A stretch of 64,000 nucleotides of DNA, taken from positions 512,001 to 576,000 of the forward strand of contig OY970223.1 of assembly GCA_963714015.1 (NCBI GenBank), written 5' to 3'. The DNA is from Vulcanimicrobiota bacterium (lineage in GTDB: Bacteria > Vulcanimicrobiota > Vulcanimicrobiia > Vulcanimicrobiales > Vulcanimicrobiaceae). The position numbers and the translations under genes are program-made. Positions 61,251 to 64,000 of this stretch are shown one piece after another (position 1 is the first letter of the stretch; every line of letters begins with the position of its first letter). A model generated the notes under the pieces. The model searched no databases and was not told the origin of the DNA. It saw only the letters and a list, made by a program, of their open reading frames with translations.

Positions 61251-61448
61251 ACGCAAGCGCCTCCGGAGGAGGTTTTCCGCATCTAACTCGCTCGTCCCGC
61301 CTCCCCGAGAAGATCTCGCGTTCTCCGGTTTTTCTCGACGAAGGCTCCTGGCTAACGTATCGTTCGCAACGGCGGTCATACTGCATCCGTTCGGATGATC
61401 CGTTCGGAGGCTGGCGCGTATATCTCGACAACCGTAGGATGTGTAGGG

Positions 61449-62519
61449 ATGCTCGATCTCGTCTTGTCGGCGCTGTTCATCTCGCCGCAATCAACCGCGT
61501 CTCCGACACCCTCACCGGCGCCTTCGCCGGCCGTGGCGGCCGGTTACGACGTCACGCTGTTCGCGCTCGACACGCAAGGGTCGTGGAGTTCGGACTTTTC
61601 GAACGCCACGATAAACTTGACGGCTAACGCCGGCAATCTGCATGGCACTGCGAGCGTCGGCGAGTATAACTTCCCCACCGTTGGTTTTCCGATAGCGCAA
61701 AGCACTGCGTTTCAGTCGAATACCAACCTCTATTCGGTCGTTCCGGTTGGCTCCGTGTCGTACAGCTTGGGCCCGCACTGGAGCGTCGCGGCCGGTAAGT
61801 TCGCGGCGCTGCTCGGCCAAGAGTCGCCTTTTACCTATCAAAACGTCAACATCGAACGCGGTGTGGCTTGGGCAATGGAGCCGACGATAAGCCGCGGCGT
61901 GCAGGCAGCGTATACGACCGGTCCGTGGGCGCTCACGCTGCAATACAACGACGCTTACTATTCCGGGCATGACCGAGCCTTTGAAGGCCTGATCGGATGG
62001 GCGCCGTCCTCAAGCACTAACGTTCAATTCGCCGCAATACTGCCGAACCAGAACGCAGGTCCAAATCCAACGGTTAGCGTGGGAAACAAGGCCGAGTACG
62101 ATTTTATGTATACGCGGCAGATCGGCAAGCTGCAGCTCTTGCCGTACGTTCTGCTCGTGAACTCTCCCTCGTCGGCGAAGCTGGGATACGCGCAGGCCCA
62201 AAGTGCATGGGCCGGCGCAGCGATCGCGACGTGGACGTTCAATACACCGTTGTCCATTGCGCTGCGCTACGAAACAGCGGCCAACGGCAGCTCCGTCTCA
62301 GACAAGCATGGTAACGCGGATCTGATCGGATTCGGTCCGGGCAGCAACGCGCGCACTTTGACGGTTACGCCGGCGCTGCACTTCGGCGATGGCGGAATAC
62401 TTCGCCTGGAATATTCGACGATTTCACTTTCCTCTTATACACCCGGCTTGGGCTTGGGCCCATTGGGAACGGCCGCAGCGCAAGATCGCATCGGTTTTGA
62501 ATTCGGAGTAATGCGATGA
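61449..62519 (+). CDS. Putative outer-membrane beta-barrel porin
   Basis: Signal and Pro-rich linker, alternating beta strands, AGKF..LLG.E, LRYE, LRLEY, C-terminal IGFEFG. Confidence 0.75.
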   Translation: MLDLVLSALFISPQSTASPTPSPAPSPAVAAGYDVTLFALDTQGSWSSDFSNATINLTANAGNLHGTASVGEYNFPTVGFPIAQSTAFQSNTNLYSVVPVGSVSYSLGPHWSVAAGKFAALLGQESPFTYQNVNIERGVAWAMEPTISRGVQAAYTTGPWALTLQYNDAYYSGHDRAFEGLIGWAPSSSTNVQFAAILPNQNAGPNPTVSVGNKAEYDFMYTRQIGKLQLLPYVLLVNSPSSAKLGYAQAQSAWAGAAIATWTFNTPLSIALRYETAANGSSVSDKHGNADLIGFGPGSNARTLTVTPALHFGDGGILRLEYSTISLSSYTPGLGLGPLGTAAAQDRIGFEFGVMR

Positions 62520-62602
62520 TTCTCGAAATCGCACTGGTCATTGGATCCATAGCCATCTTCGCCCTTTTGGACTACTACGTCGAAGGCTGCGAGCGGGTGT
62601 AG
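62516..62602 (+). CDS. Small membrane peptide upstream of kdpF (28 aa)
   Basis: MILEIALVIGSIAIFALLDYYVEGCERV; ATGA-coupled to the porin gene. Confidence 0.7.
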   Translation: MILEIALVIGSIAIFALLDYYVEGCERV

Positions 62603-62605
62603 CAG

Positions 62606-62695
62606 ATGCATTTTGACGACGTGCTCGGCTTGATCCTGTCGTTGCTGGGGCTTGCGTATCTGATCTTCGCCATGCTTCGGCCGGAAAAGTTTTAA
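62606..62695 (+). CDS. kdpF: K+-transporting ATPase subunit F
   Basis: MHFDDVLGLILSLLGLAYLIFAMLRPEKF with the YL..A...PEKF signature. Confidence 0.92.
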   Translation: MHFDDVLGLILSLLGLAYLIFAMLRPEKF

Positions 62696-62703
62696 GAGAC
62701 GCT

Positions 62704-64000
62704 ATGACGATCGCAGGCTGGGCGCAGTGGGCAGTATTCTTTCTGATAATACTGGCGCTCACGAAGCCGCTGGGTTCATACATGGCTCGAGTTTTCCAAG
62801 GGGAACGCACGTGGCTTTCCCCGTTGCTGGTACCGCTCGAACGCGTAATCTATCGTTTCGGTGGGGTACGTGAAGACGAGGAGATGACCTGGTACGGCTA
62901 CGCGCTTTCGATGCTGGCGTTTTCGGCGGTGGGCCTAGCGTGGCTTTACGTGTTGCTGCGCACTCAGCAGTGGCTGCCGCTCAATCCGCAGCACATTCCG
63001 AACATGGCGCCGGGCTTGGCGTGGAACACGGCTGCGAGCTTTCTTACCAACACGAATTGGCAGTTCTACAGCGGCGAGAGCGCCATGAGCTACCTCTGTC
63101 AGATGGCCGGGCTTGCCTGGCACAACTTCGTCTCCGCCGCTGTGGGTATTGCCATGGCCGTCGCGGTCGTTCGCGGCGTGGTGCGCACTTCTCAGAATAC
63201 GCTGGGCAATTTTTGGGTCGACCTCACGCGCTGCTGTCTGTACGTTTTGCTTCCGATTTCGATCGCCGGCTGTCTGCTTTTGGTGATGCTGGGAGTCCCG
63301 CAGAACTTTCACGCTTACGAAACCGTGAAATCCGTTGAAGGCTTTTCGCAGGCCATCACGGGCGGCCCCATGGCCTCGCAAGAAGTCATCAAAGAGCTCG
63401 GCACGAACGGCGGCGGCTTCGTAAACGCCAACTCCGCATCACCGAGCGAGAATCCGACGCCGTTTTCTAATTTTTTCGAGATGATCCTCATTTTCTTGAT
63501 CGCCGCGGGTCTTACGTTCATGTATGGAAGAATGGCCAAAGATACGCGGCAAGGCTGGGCCATCTTCACCGCAATGGCGATTTTGTTTACGGCTGGTTTT
63601 TGCGTTGCTTACGCGGCGGAGTCGGCCGGAAATCCGATCGTTCATCACCTCGGCGTCTCCGGCCCAAATATGGAGGGCAAAGAGTGCCGGTTCGGCATAG
63701 CCGGCTCGGCGCTTTTTGCAACGGTGACGACCGATACGTCTTGCGGTGCAGTGAACTCCATGCACGATTCTTTCATGCCGCTCGGCGGCCTCGTACCGCT
63801 GGTAAACATGCAGCTGGGCGAAATCGCATTCGGGGGGGTCGGCAGCGGGCTCTACGGCATGATCGTCTTCGTCGTTCTCACGGTGTTCATCGCAGGGCTA
63901 ATGGTCGGGAGGACCCCCGAGTTTCTCGGCAAGAAAATCGAGCGGCGAGAGGTGCAGTTCGCAATTCTTGCCATACTCGTGACGCCGGTCCTCTCTTTGG
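62704..64000 (+). CDS. kdpA: K+-transporting ATPase subunit A (3'-truncated by the window edge)
   Basis: KPLGSYMARVF, SFLTNTNWQFYSGE, ELGTNGGG, GAVNSMHDS, GRTPEFLGKKIE. Confidence 0.97.
   Translation, partial: MTIAGWAQWAVFFLIILALTKPLGSYMARVFQGERTWLSPLLVPLERVIYRFGGVREDEEMTWYGYALSMLAFSAVGLAWLYVLLRTQQWLPLNPQHIPNMAPGLAWNTAASFLTNTNWQFYSGESAMSYLCQMAGLAWHNFVSAAVGIAMAVAVVRGVVRTSQNTLGNFWVDLTRCCLYVLLPISIAGCLLLVMLGVPQNFHAYETVKSVEGFSQAITGGPMASQEVIKELGTNGGGFVNANSASPSENPTPFSNFFEMILIFLIAAGLTFMYGRMAKDTRQGWAIFTAMAILFTAGFCVAYAAESAGNPIVHHLGVSGPNMEGKECRFGIAGSALFATVTTDTSCGAVNSMHDSFMPLGGLVPLVNMQLGEIAFGGVGSGLYGMIVFVVLTVFIAGLMVGRTPEFLGKKIERREVQFAILAILVTPVLSL

Noticed and set aside
61251..61448. c-di-AMP (ydaO) riboswitch ahead of kdp
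   Set aside because: Conserved ydaO-type sequence blocks not found

Overview
High-GC bacterial chromosomal window made mostly of core genes. It holds infC-rpmI-rplT with an L20-leader-like attenuator, an ECF sigma/anti-sigma pair, pheST, a selenocysteine-encoding selD (in-frame UGA plus SECIS-like hairpin) followed by MFS-glpK-glpD-cysteine dioxygenase, hsp20-lon and groES-groEL (each with a CIRCE element), alr, a hisA homolog, citrate synthase, a dcw cluster from mraZ to ddl, an accessory island of exported enzymes, and the start of a porin-kdpFA operon. The mix of Firmicutes-like features (YqzL, CIRCE, L20 leader, copper-amine-oxidase N-terminal domain) with an outer-membrane porin suggests a diderm Terrabacteria lineage such as Eremiobacterota/Vulcanimicrobiota (inference only). 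Seven frameshifting indels, two in essential genes (infC, pheS), point to an unpolished assembly, so single-residue oddities need read-level confirmation. Most interesting signals: (1) a CofE/F420-ligase-like amide ligase translationally coupled between murF and mraY, a candidate peptidoglycan-modifying enzyme, with a DUF2332 gene also inserted in the cluster; (2) a highly structured ~122-bp tandem repeat array ending in a 139-bp element with terminal inverted repeats, which fills the whole divergent intergenic region upstream of selD; (3) several enzymes with altered catalytic motifs (M1 peptidase, HisA, serine hydrolase). No rRNA, tRNA, CRISPR array or transposase was recognised.
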